Origin: Bacteroidales bacterium
Lineage (GTDB): Bacteria > Bacteroidota > Bacteroidia > Bacteroidales > UBA932
Reading direction: 5' to 3'
DNA length: 64,000 nt
NCBI GenBank assembly: GCA_017415715.1
Contig: JAFQFD010000038.1
Coordinates: forward strand, 102,491 to 166,490
Below, piece by piece: positions 20,192-29,133 of this stretch. The notes under the pieces are model-generated. The model made no database searches, had not been told where the DNA came from, and saw only the letters and a program-made list of their open reading frames with translations. How positions within the stretch are numbered: position 1 is the first letter of the stretch; the number at the start of each line of letters is the position of its first letter. Made by a program: the position numbers and the translations under genes.

Positions 20192-23185
20192 ATGAAAAGA
20201 TTACTATTCGCTTTCATGGCTGTACTCCTTTCTTCAGCGGTTTTCGCTCAGGAGACAGTCGACGTCAAGGGAACGGTTCTCGATGAGAACGGCTGGCCTT
20301 TGACCGGCGCCTACGTACTCGTTCAGGGTACATCCAACGGTACTCTTACTGACCTTGACGGTAACTTCGAGATCACTGCACCGAAGGGTGGTATGCTCGA
20401 GTTTACTTTCATGGGTTATCTTACCCAGACATTGGCGCCACAATCTCAAATGAATGTAACTCTTCAGCCTGACGCCCTCATGATGGAAGAGGTTGTTGTG
20501 GTAGGTTACGGTACACAGAAGTCCAAGGACCTTACCGCACCGATCGTAAATGTAAAGGGTGATGCACTTGCAAAACAGGCTACTGCCAATCCGATGTCTG
20601 CACTCTCCGGTATGGTCAGTGGTGTTCAGATCACTCAGAGCGGTGCTCCTGGAGCAGGCCCATCTGTAAAGATCCGTGGTGTCGGTTCCATCGGAGACTA
20701 TGCCAATCCTCTTTATGTTGTCGATGGTGCATTCATGGACAATATCGACTTCCTCGCCAGTAGCGATATCGAGTCGCTCACAGTCCTCAAAGATGCTTCG
20801 GCAGCTGCTATCTATGGTGTGCGTGCGGCTAACGGTGTCATCATCGTGACAACCAAGAAAGGACAATCGGGCCATATCAGAGTAACATACGACGGTTACG
20901 CAGGTGTACAGGTTCCGACAAATATCATGAAGCTGACCAATACAGAACAGTATTGCGAGCTTTACAATATGGCATTCGAAGGCACCACAGGCTTCAAGCC
21001 GCTTGTGCCATCTGACTATAAGGCAGATACCGACTGGTATGCGGAGCTTGTGAAGCCGGCTCTCACTCACTCTCATTCTGTCGACCTTTCCGGAGGTACT
21101 GAGAAGTCAAACTATTCGATAGGTCTCAGCTACTATTATCAGGATGGTATCATGAACTACTGTGAAAACGACTATGACCGTCTTAACTTCCGTGCAAGAC
21201 TCGACCAGAAGATGGCAGACTGGCTTAAGGTCGGTTTCAATACAGTCGTTTCAATGAACAACAAGAAGAACGCCAACTCAGGAGTTTATTATCAGGCCTT
21301 CGTCAATCCGCCGATATACGGTGTCTATAACGAGAACAACACTGCCGCTTATCCGGAGCCGTTCGATTCACCTCAGAACTACGGATACGGTAACTCATAT
21401 GGTAACCCTGCAGCAGCTGCATACTATTATGACAGCAGAGAGAACGGTTTCAAGACAGTGTTCTCCGCTTATGCCGAGGCTTCCATCATCCCGGAGAAAC
21501 TCAAGTTCAAGACTTCATACAACCTTGACTTCTATTTCTACGATGCAAGAAACTACAGCCCAGAGCACAATGTAGGTGGATCACAGGGTAATGCCACATC
21601 AGCCCTTTCCAAGACTTATGGCTATGGCACTTACCATATCATCGACAACACCCTCACCTATTCAGACTCAAAGGGTGCACACTCGTTCTCAGCAATGTTG
21701 GGACAGTCTACAAGAATGCAGTACAACGCATCTCTTACAGGCAGAGCCAACAGCGTTCCCGGTTTCGACGAGCAGTCGAAGTATCTTGTGAACGGTTCAT
21801 ACAAGAACCAGACTACTTCCGATGCTGCATCAAGATATAACGGATTGTCTTTCTTCGCACGTGGTACTTACAATTACAAGGACAAGTATCTTGCAACCGT
21901 GACTCTCCGCGCAGACGGAAGCTCGAAGTACCAGCAGAAGTGGGGCTTCTTCCCATCAGTAGGTCTCGCATGGAACATGTCAGACGAGGATTTCATGCAG
22001 GATCAGAACGTGTTTGACTATCTGAAGCTACGTGCCAGCTGGGGTATGCTCGGTAACGATAACGTTCCTGCAAACTCTACTTCAATCGTAGGATCATCAG
22101 GAATCGGCGCTTCAGGTGTGTTCGGCGGAACGGTGATCGACGGTGTCGGAGCTCAGACGGTTTATCAGAACTCTCTTATGTGGGAGGTTGTAAATGAGGC
22201 AAATATCGGTGCCGACTTTGCATTCCTTTCAAACAGGCTCTCAGGAGAACTTGATGTGTATAGCCGTATCACAAACAATGTGGTGTTCTATGCACCTGTT
22301 GCCACTGGTGGTGGAGTAGCTACTCTCCTTGCAAACAATGGTAAGGTCCTCAATGCCGGCGTAGAGTTCTCTCTCAAGTGGGCGGATACAGTAGGCGAGA
22401 ACTTCCGTTACAATATTGGCTTCAATGCCACATTCAACAAGAATCAGGTTCTCGAGCTCAAGGATGTGGATTACATTTCTGGAGCAAGTGTGACAGGAGG
22501 TTACGCTACAAGAACACAGGTGGGCATGCCGATCGGTGCATTCTGGGGCTACAAGACAGACGGAGTCTTCGCATCTGAGAAGGAAGCAATCCTCAGCGAA
22601 GTTGCCCAGTCAGACAAGAAGGCAGGTTATCTTAAGTATCAGGATATCAACGGTGACAAGGTGATTAACGAAGACGACAAGACTTACCTCGGATCGCCTA
22701 ACCCTTGGCTCATGATGGGTCTCACATTCGGTTTCGAGTGGAAGAACCTTGACTTCTCGATGGTGATGAACGCCAATATAGGAAACAAGATCCTCAACTC
22801 GAAGAGAATGAACAAGACTGTGTTTGCTGACGGTAACTATGACCTTGATTTCTATGAGAACTGCTGGACACCTGACAGAACGGATACAACCTATCCATCT
22901 CCAGCTGCAATGCAGAAGACTTCGACACTCTGCTGCAACGATTTCTTCGTTGAGGATGCATCAATGTTCCGTATCCAGAACATCCAGGTAGGATATACCT
23001 TCAGAGAGGTATTCGGAAAGGGAAGCATAAGGGTATATTCTACAGCTCAGCGCCCTCTCTCGATCTTCGGATACAACGGATTTACTACTGAAATCGGTGG
23101 TTCACCTATCTCATCAGGTGTTGACGGATCTTCGGTATATCCTATGCAGTCTATTTATACAGTAGGTCTCAATCTTAACTTCTAA
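20192..23185 (+). CDS. SusC-like TonB-dependent transporter
   Basis: EVVVVGYGTQK, PLYVVDG, VLKDASAAAIYGVRAANGVIIVTTKKG, RADGSSK, C-terminal F. Confidence 0.96.
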   Translation: MKRLLFAFMAVLLSSAVFAQETVDVKGTVLDENGWPLTGAYVLVQGTSNGTLTDLDGNFEITAPKGGMLEFTFMGYLTQTLAPQSQMNVTLQPDALMMEEVVVVGYGTQKSKDLTAPIVNVKGDALAKQATANPMSALSGMVSGVQITQSGAPGAGPSVKIRGVGSIGDYANPLYVVDGAFMDNIDFLASSDIESLTVLKDASAAAIYGVRAANGVIIVTTKKGQSGHIRVTYDGYAGVQVPTNIMKLTNTEQYCELYNMAFEGTTGFKPLVPSDYKADTDWYAELVKPALTHSHSVDLSGGTEKSNYSIGLSYYYQDGIMNYCENDYDRLNFRARLDQKMADWLKVGFNTVVSMNNKKNANSGVYYQAFVNPPIYGVYNENNTAAYPEPFDSPQNYGYGNSYGNPAAAAYYYDSRENGFKTVFSAYAEASIIPEKLKFKTSYNLDFYFYDARNYSPEHNVGGSQGNATSALSKTYGYGTYHIIDNTLTYSDSKGAHSFSAMLGQSTRMQYNASLTGRANSVPGFDEQSKYLVNGSYKNQTTSDAASRYNGLSFFARGTYNYKDKYLATVTLRADGSSKYQQKWGFFPSVGLAWNMSDEDFMQDQNVFDYLKLRASWGMLGNDNVPANSTSIVGSSGIGASGVFGGTVIDGVGAQTVYQNSLMWEVVNEANIGADFAFLSNRLSGELDVYSRITNNVVFYAPVATGGGVATLLANNGKVLNAGVEFSLKWADTVGENFRYNIGFNATFNKNQVLELKDVDYISGASVTGGYATRTQVGMPIGAFWGYKTDGVFASEKEAILSEVAQSDKKAGYLKYQDINGDKVINEDDKTYLGSPNPWLMMGLTFGFEWKNLDFSMVMNANIGNKILNSKRMNKTVFADGNYDLDFYENCWTPDRTDTTYPSPAAMQKTSTLCCNDFFVEDASMFRIQNIQVGYTFREVFGKGSIRVYSTAQRPLSIFGYNGFTTEIGGSPISSGVDGSSVYPMQSIYTVGLNLNF

Positions 23186-23190
23186 GCGAA

Positions 23191-24672
23191 ATGAAAAAGT
23201 TTTTAATAGCAATAATTGCAATCAGTACCCTGCTTGTGACATCTTGTGCGGATTTCCTCAATATCCGTACAGAGGCTTCGATGCCGACTTCGGGTATGGA
23301 TTATACAAAGGTTGAAAATATCTTTCAGCCTGTAAGTGCTGCGTACGCTTCCATGAGACTCAGCGAGGGTAGGGCATTCAATTATGTGAGTGTGATGGGC
23401 GTGCCTTCAGATGATGATGACAAGGGCTCTACTGTTACCGATGGTATCGAGACTAAGGAAATCGATGATTTTTCATTCACTCCGACCAACGGACATATCG
23501 ATGCTATGTGGGTACATTTCTATGACATCGTTTCTTCGGCAAACTATGCGATCGAGTCAATGACCAAGTTTGAGGAGGCTCTCTCGGATGAGGGTGCTCT
23601 GAAGATGGTTGCCGAGTGCCGTGGTGAGGCAAAGGTCATCCGTGCATACGCTTACTTCAACCTTGTGCGTCTTTTCGGTGGTGTTCCAAAGATCGACAGG
23701 ACAATGACAGCGCAGGAGCTTGGAAACCTTCCTGCCATGACAGTAGAGCAGACTTATGAGTTCATCTGTCAGGACCTTGACGAGGCTATCGAGGTGCTTC
23801 CTGAAAACTTCACAGAGAAGGGAAGATACAACAGGTATTCTGCTATGGCTCTGAAGGCAAAGGTGGCTCTCTATATGAAGGATTGGAATGAGGCTGCTGC
23901 TCAGGCTGACGCTGTTATCGCTTCCAATAAGTATGCGCTTATGCCTGACTTCATCGATGCTTTCTCAATTGAAGGTGAGTATGGCAAGGAGTCCCTCATG
24001 GAGATCGGTAGCGACGATCTCGGTCAGGTGAGCGGTTCAGCACCTATCTGCTACTATGGATTCATCCAGGGACCAAGAAGTAACTCTCCTTCAAGCATGC
24101 AGGGATGGGGCTTCAAGGTGCCTAGCCAGGGTCTCGTGAACTTCTTCACTGAAAGAGGAGACGTGAAGCGTCTTGCTGTGACAGTGCTCAAGAGGGGTGA
24201 GAATACTCCATATGGTGACCTTATCCTTGAGACCTGTCCTAATCCTTACTATAACGGTAAGGTCTGCACACCTTCTACTACCAACACATTCACAAACAAC
24301 AGCTACGGTCTTGACCACAACATGCGTCTTCTCCGCTATGCTGAGGTTCTTCTCATCTATGCAGAGGCTCTCGTAGAGGGAGCTACAGGCGAATTCCAGT
24401 CAGGAATGTCAGCTGATGCTGCTTTGAATATGGTACGTGGCCGTGTAGGCCTTCCTGCAGTAGCTGCAACGCGTGAGAGCATCTGGGAGGAGCGTAGAGC
24501 CGAGCTCGCTATGGAGGATGACCGCTTCTTTGACCTTGTACGTACAGGTCAGGCTGCGACTGTGCTTGCCTCTAAAGGATTCAAGGCAAACAAGAACGAG
24601 GTGTTCCCGATCCCTTCAAACCAGATTCAGGTAAATACAGGTCTTGTGAAGACCCCAGGATATACATATTAA
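23191..24672 (+). CDS. SusD/RagB family glycan-binding lipoprotein
   Basis: Lipobox VTSC, RAYAYFNLVRLFGGVP, RYAEVLLIYAEA, ERRAELAME, RFFDLVR. Confidence 0.95.
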   Translation: MKKFLIAIIAISTLLVTSCADFLNIRTEASMPTSGMDYTKVENIFQPVSAAYASMRLSEGRAFNYVSVMGVPSDDDDKGSTVTDGIETKEIDDFSFTPTNGHIDAMWVHFYDIVSSANYAIESMTKFEEALSDEGALKMVAECRGEAKVIRAYAYFNLVRLFGGVPKIDRTMTAQELGNLPAMTVEQTYEFICQDLDEAIEVLPENFTEKGRYNRYSAMALKAKVALYMKDWNEAAAQADAVIASNKYALMPDFIDAFSIEGEYGKESLMEIGSDDLGQVSGSAPICYYGFIQGPRSNSPSSMQGWGFKVPSQGLVNFFTERGDVKRLAVTVLKRGENTPYGDLILETCPNPYYNGKVCTPSTTNTFTNNSYGLDHNMRLLRYAEVLLIYAEALVEGATGEFQSGMSADAALNMVRGRVGLPAVAATRESIWEERRAELAMEDDRFFDLVRTGQAATVLASKGFKANKNEVFPIPSNQIQVNTGLVKTPGYTY

Positions 24673-24712
24673 ACCCATATCATTAACCAATCATTTTATT
24701 TTATTTAAACAC

Positions 24713-25597
24713 ATGAAAAAGATTTTCTATTTGGCAGCTGCGATGTCAATCGTAGCATTCGCATCTTGCGAGAAGCAGGGCGGTAAGGAGGATGAAAAGG
24801 AGGCAACAAAGGTAACTGTTGCTGAGGACGCTCTCGTTCTCCACCTTCCATTCGAGGATGGTTCAGTAGCTGTAGGCGAGGGCGTTACTTTCGCTTCTAA
24901 GGAGGGTAAGGCTGAGCTCGTTGACGGTTTCATCGGAAAGGCTTACACCAACACTTCAGGAAACGCCAAGGAAGCCGGTTACCTCAAATACAACCTCGCT
25001 GAGGCAAACTGCATCAAGAGCCTCAAGAGCTTCACTTTCTCTGCTTGGGTCAAGAGACCTGCTCTCGGTTCAGGCGCATTCTTCTCAGTTAACGGCGGTG
25101 AGCACGACTGGGGTTCAACAATGCAGTTCTTCTTCGACAACTCAGGCGAAGGTGAGGACGGAGCTACTTATCAGCAGTTCAATGCTCGTATCGACTCTTA
25201 CAAGGAGGGTGAGGACGGAGCTAAGTTCCAGGCATCCTGCTGGCCAAACATTCAGGGTCCTGAGTTCGCAAAGGTAGATGAGTGGTACCACGTAGCTCGT
25301 ACTTATGATGCTGCTACAGGTGCATGGAAGGTTTATGCTGACGGCGTTCTCACTCACGAAGGCATACACGAGTATGGTGACCCAGCTGGTCCATTCGGTG
25401 ACCTTGACCTCGCTTCTCCAACTATGAATGCTCTCTACATCGGTGGTTGGGCTGCTATCATCGACGGCGTAAACAACCAGGACTGGATGACTTACTACAA
25501 CGGCTCTATCGACGAGGTACGTATGTACAACAGAGCTCTTACAGATCAGGAGATCGGTCAGCTCTGGCAGCAGGAGAAGCTCATCAACCTTGAGTAA
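24713..25597 (+). CDS. LamG/concanavalin-like surface glycan-binding lipoprotein
   Basis: Lipobox FASC, SFTFSAWVK, WYHVARTYD, GSIDEVRMYNRALT (LamG-like). Directly after susD. Confidence 0.82.
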   Translation: MKKIFYLAAAMSIVAFASCEKQGGKEDEKEATKVTVAEDALVLHLPFEDGSVAVGEGVTFASKEGKAELVDGFIGKAYTNTSGNAKEAGYLKYNLAEANCIKSLKSFTFSAWVKRPALGSGAFFSVNGGEHDWGSTMQFFFDNSGEGEDGATYQQFNARIDSYKEGEDGAKFQASCWPNIQGPEFAKVDEWYHVARTYDAATGAWKVYADGVLTHEGIHEYGDPAGPFGDLDLASPTMNALYIGGWAAIIDGVNNQDWMTYYNGSIDEVRMYNRALTDQEIGQLWQQEKLINLE

Positions 25598-25626
25598 TCT
25601 TACATGACCTTGATAAACAGGAGGAT

Positions 25627-25662
25627 GACTGACCGGCGACCCGCCGGCCAGTCCCTTCTTTT
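25627..25662 (+). terminator. Intra-PUL hairpin/terminator after the LamG gene
   Basis: gactgaccggcg-acc-cgccggccagtc stem followed by ccttctttt. Confidence 0.6.
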
Positions 25663-25680
25663 AAATGATTTTATTCGTCA

Positions 25681-27315
25681 ATGAAGAAAAATTTACTTTA
25701 TCTTTTCATTCTTTCTCTTCTGGGAACCGTTTCATGCACAGAGAAACCTCAGCAGGACGCTGGTCCTGTGAAGGCGGCTGTATTTGCCGCATATGTCAAT
25801 GGCGAGCGAATGACAACTTCCAAGGCCGTGGAAGGGGTCCCTGTAGATGACGTTGTTTTCGATCTTGAGTTCTCTACAGAGATAGATGTAGATAAGTTCG
25901 ATCCTTCATTGATTGTTTTTTCCGGTGGCCCTTTGGAGGTGTCTCTTGGCGGTAATGAAAAGACTCTCCGCCTTGAGCCGGTCAATGCATTGAAGCCATT
26001 CACTTCATATACACTTAATGTCCTGGCTCTTGAGCAGCTGGGCGTAAGCGTAGTCGAGCCTTACCGTTATACCATAGTAACGGCACTCGACACTTCTGAT
26101 AAGTTCGAGAGGATTTCTGATGAGGAGCTTCTCACGCTTATCCAGGAGAAGACATTTAGATACTTCTGGGATTATGCCCATCCGGTAAGCGGACTCTCAC
26201 GCGAGCGTCTGAATTCCGGTGAGACAGTAACATCTGGCGGTTCCGGTTTCGGAATCATGGCAATCCCGGTAGGTATAGAGCGCGGTTTCATCACCCGTGA
26301 TGAAGGTGCTCAGAGAATGCTTGACATAGTGACCTTCCTTGATGAGAAGGCCGAGCGTTTCCACGGAGCGTATTCGCACTGGCTGGATGGAACAACAGGC
26401 AAGGCTATCCAGTTCGGTGGCAAGGATGACGGTGCTGACCTTGTGGAGACAGGCTTCCTTATCGAAGGACTCCTCACAGTGCAGCAGTACTTCGATCTGG
26501 AAAATCCGACAGAATCTGCCATCAGGCAGAAGATCACAAAGATATGGGAAGAAGTAGAGTGGGACTGGTTCTTCAGGAATGATGCCCTTTACTGGCACTG
26601 GTCTCCAGTACATGACTGGGCAATGAATATGAAGATTTCAGGCTGGAACGAGGCATTGATCACATATGTGCTTGCAGCCTCTTCTCCAACCCATCCTATA
26701 TCCAGGGAAGTATATGAGCAAGGATGGGCTCGTAATGGAGGGATGCTAAACGGCAAGAAGTATTATGACATAACTCTTCCTCTGGGAAGTGCTTATGGCG
26801 GTCCTATGTTCTTTGCGCACTATTCATTCCTCGGCCTTGATCCGCGTAACCTTAAGGATCAGTATGCGGATTATTGGGAGCAGAATGTGGCACATGCCAA
26901 GATTAATCACGCGTATTGTGCGGCTAATCCAAAGAAATTCTATGGCTACAGCGATGAATGCTGGGGGCTCACGGCCTCTGATATCCCTAATGGCTATACC
27001 GCAAGTTCTCCGACCAACGATAACGGAACAATTGCCCCTACTGCAGCAGTCGCTTCCATTCCATATATTCCTGAGGAAAGCCTCAAGGCCATAAGGTACT
27101 TCTACTATGTCCTCGGAGACAGGCTTTTGGGCGAATATGGATTCAAGGATGCCTTTAATCTTTCGAAGCGATGGTTCGCTTCGTCATACATCGCCATCGA
27201 CCAGGGCCCGATCGTCGTGATGATCGAAAACTACCGCACAGGTCTTCTTTGGGAGAATTTCATGAAGAACGAGGATGTGCAGAAGGGACTCACTAAGTTA
27301 GGATTCACATACTGA
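25681..27315 (+). CDS. GH144 beta-1,2-glucanase lipoprotein with N-terminal Ig-like domain
   Basis: Lipobox TVSC, FRYFWDYAHPVSGLSRER, SGGSGFG, DLVETGFL, GWNEALITY, YIAIDQGPIVVMIENYRTGLLW. Confidence 0.9.
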   Translation: MKKNLLYLFILSLLGTVSCTEKPQQDAGPVKAAVFAAYVNGERMTTSKAVEGVPVDDVVFDLEFSTEIDVDKFDPSLIVFSGGPLEVSLGGNEKTLRLEPVNALKPFTSYTLNVLALEQLGVSVVEPYRYTIVTALDTSDKFERISDEELLTLIQEKTFRYFWDYAHPVSGLSRERLNSGETVTSGGSGFGIMAIPVGIERGFITRDEGAQRMLDIVTFLDEKAERFHGAYSHWLDGTTGKAIQFGGKDDGADLVETGFLIEGLLTVQQYFDLENPTESAIRQKITKIWEEVEWDWFFRNDALYWHWSPVHDWAMNMKISGWNEALITYVLAASSPTHPISREVYEQGWARNGGMLNGKKYYDITLPLGSAYGGPMFFAHYSFLGLDPRNLKDQYADYWEQNVAHAKINHAYCAANPKKFYGYSDECWGLTASDIPNGYTASSPTNDNGTIAPTAAVASIPYIPEESLKAIRYFYYVLGDRLLGEYGFKDAFNLSKRWFASSYIAIDQGPIVVMIENYRTGLLWENFMKNEDVQKGLTKLGFTY

Positions 27316-27326
27316 TCAGACGGACC

Positions 27327-29105
27327 ATGAAGAAACTATTTGTATTGATAGCTGCCGTTGCAGTAGCGGCCTGTAACGCTGTCCAGCCTGCTCAGACCAC
27401 ATATTGCAATCCTCTGGACATGGATTATGCATATATGGTCTATAACTCAGACCGCAATCTCGCCTATCGTTCTGGAGCGGATCCGGCTGTCGTTGAGTTC
27501 AGGGGAGAGTATTATATGTTCGTTACCCGTTCTCACGGATACTGGCATTCCACTGACCTGGTTGACTGGACATTCATCAGACCGAAAAGTATATGGTATC
27601 CTCAGGGATGCAACGCTCCGGCGGCACATAACTACAGGGATTCCCTCCTTTATATGACTGGCGATCCTTCGGGAGCGATGAGCATACTATATACGGATGA
27701 TCCGAAGTCAGGTGTCTGGGAGGCAGTTCCTGCCATCCTCCATGACCTGCAGGACCCTGACCTCTTCATCGATGATGACGGACAGGCATATATGTTCTGG
27801 GGCTCGTCAAACTTTTATCCTGTCCGTGGAAAGAAGCTCAACATGAGAGACCGCTTCCTTGTGGAGAGCGAGACCTTCGAACTGTTCAACACGGACAGCA
27901 CGGCCCATGGTTGGGAACGTTTCGGAGAGAATCACTCAGACAGGAACATCAGAGCTTACATCGAGGGTGCCTGGATGACCAAGCATAACGGAAGGTATTA
28001 TATGCAGTATGGTGCCCCCGGAACGGAATTCAATGTCTACGGTGACGGAGTATATGTAGCTGATGATCCTATGGGACCATATGAATATCAGGCTCATAAT
28101 CCTGTTTCATACAAGCCTGGCGGATTCATGAACGGTGCCGGTCATGGCAGCACGGTTCTCGACCTTGATGGCAACTACTGGCATTTTGCCACGATGTCTC
28201 TTTCTGCCATCGTGAACTGGGAAAGACGTATCTGCCTCTATCCGACCTTCTTTGACGAGGATGGTATCATGTATTGCGACAATGAATACGGAGATTATCC
28301 GCATTATGCTCCGTCGCAGAAGGATAAGAAAGGAGCGTTTACCGGTTGGATGCTCCTGTCATATGACAAGCCTGTTACAGCATCTTCTTATGCTGAGGGG
28401 GCTGCTAAAAAGGCTGAGGGCTTTTCTGAAGCAAACAGGCCTGTCGTTTCGCTTGACTTCATGCCGCAGAACATAGTCGACGAGAACTGCAAGACCTACT
28501 GGCTGGCGCAGAACAGTGATGCTCAGGAGTGGATCTGCATCGACCTTGAGGATGAATCCGATGTTTATGCGCTTCAGATCAACTATTTCGACCATGAGAC
28601 TCAGTTCTACAACAAGGTCGATGGGTTGAGGCAGAGATATGTGATCGAGGGGTCTCTGGACGGCCGCGAGTGGTTTGTCCTTGAGGACAGAAGCAGGTCG
28701 GACAAAGATGCTCCCAATGCGTACATCCAGCTTGAAGAACCGAAGGCTGCGAGATATGTAAGATATAGGAATGTTTCAGTAAGTTCTCCTTATCTTGCAA
28801 TCTCTGATATACGCGTGTTCGGAAAGGGACGCGGTGAGGCTCCGGCTCAGGTACAGGGACTGGCTGCCGAGCGTTATGATAACGGCAAGTCTGCATACTT
28901 GGGATGGAGTGCCGTAGATGGAGCTCAGGGTTACAACGTGAGATGGGGTATTGCACCGGACAAGCTATATAGCTCTTGGCTCTTGTATGATGATAATGAG
29001 CTGACACTCAGATGCCTTGTGAAGGGTCAGGAATATTATATTCAGGTAGAGGCGTTCAATGCCAATGGAATATCACAGGTGAGTGAGACCATCAGACTGC
29101 AGTAA
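27327..29105 (+). CDS. GH43 glycoside hydrolase lipoprotein with F5/8-type C (CBM32-like) and Fn3 domains
   Basis: TYCNP, GADPAVV, QDPDLFIDDDG, IEGAWMTK, GAGHGS, C-terminal discoidin and Fn3-like segments. Confidence 0.85.
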   Translation: MKKLFVLIAAVAVAACNAVQPAQTTYCNPLDMDYAYMVYNSDRNLAYRSGADPAVVEFRGEYYMFVTRSHGYWHSTDLVDWTFIRPKSIWYPQGCNAPAAHNYRDSLLYMTGDPSGAMSILYTDDPKSGVWEAVPAILHDLQDPDLFIDDDGQAYMFWGSSNFYPVRGKKLNMRDRFLVESETFELFNTDSTAHGWERFGENHSDRNIRAYIEGAWMTKHNGRYYMQYGAPGTEFNVYGDGVYVADDPMGPYEYQAHNPVSYKPGGFMNGAGHGSTVLDLDGNYWHFATMSLSAIVNWERRICLYPTFFDEDGIMYCDNEYGDYPHYAPSQKDKKGAFTGWMLLSYDKPVTASSYAEGAAKKAEGFSEANRPVVSLDFMPQNIVDENCKTYWLAQNSDAQEWICIDLEDESDVYALQINYFDHETQFYNKVDGLRQRYVIEGSLDGREWFVLEDRSRSDKDAPNAYIQLEEPKAARYVRYRNVSVSSPYLAISDIRVFGKGRGEAPAQVQGLAAERYDNGKSAYLGWSAVDGAQGYNVRWGIAPDKLYSSWLLYDDNELTLRCLVKGQEYYIQVEAFNANGISQVSETIRLQ

Positions 29106-29133
29106 GACACAAATATCAAAACCATTAATTAAT

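Noticed and set aside
25151-25223. 16-bp direct repeat ggtgaggacggagcta in the LamG gene
   Set aside because: It encodes two GEDGA loop turns in frame and is most likely a small internal duplication.
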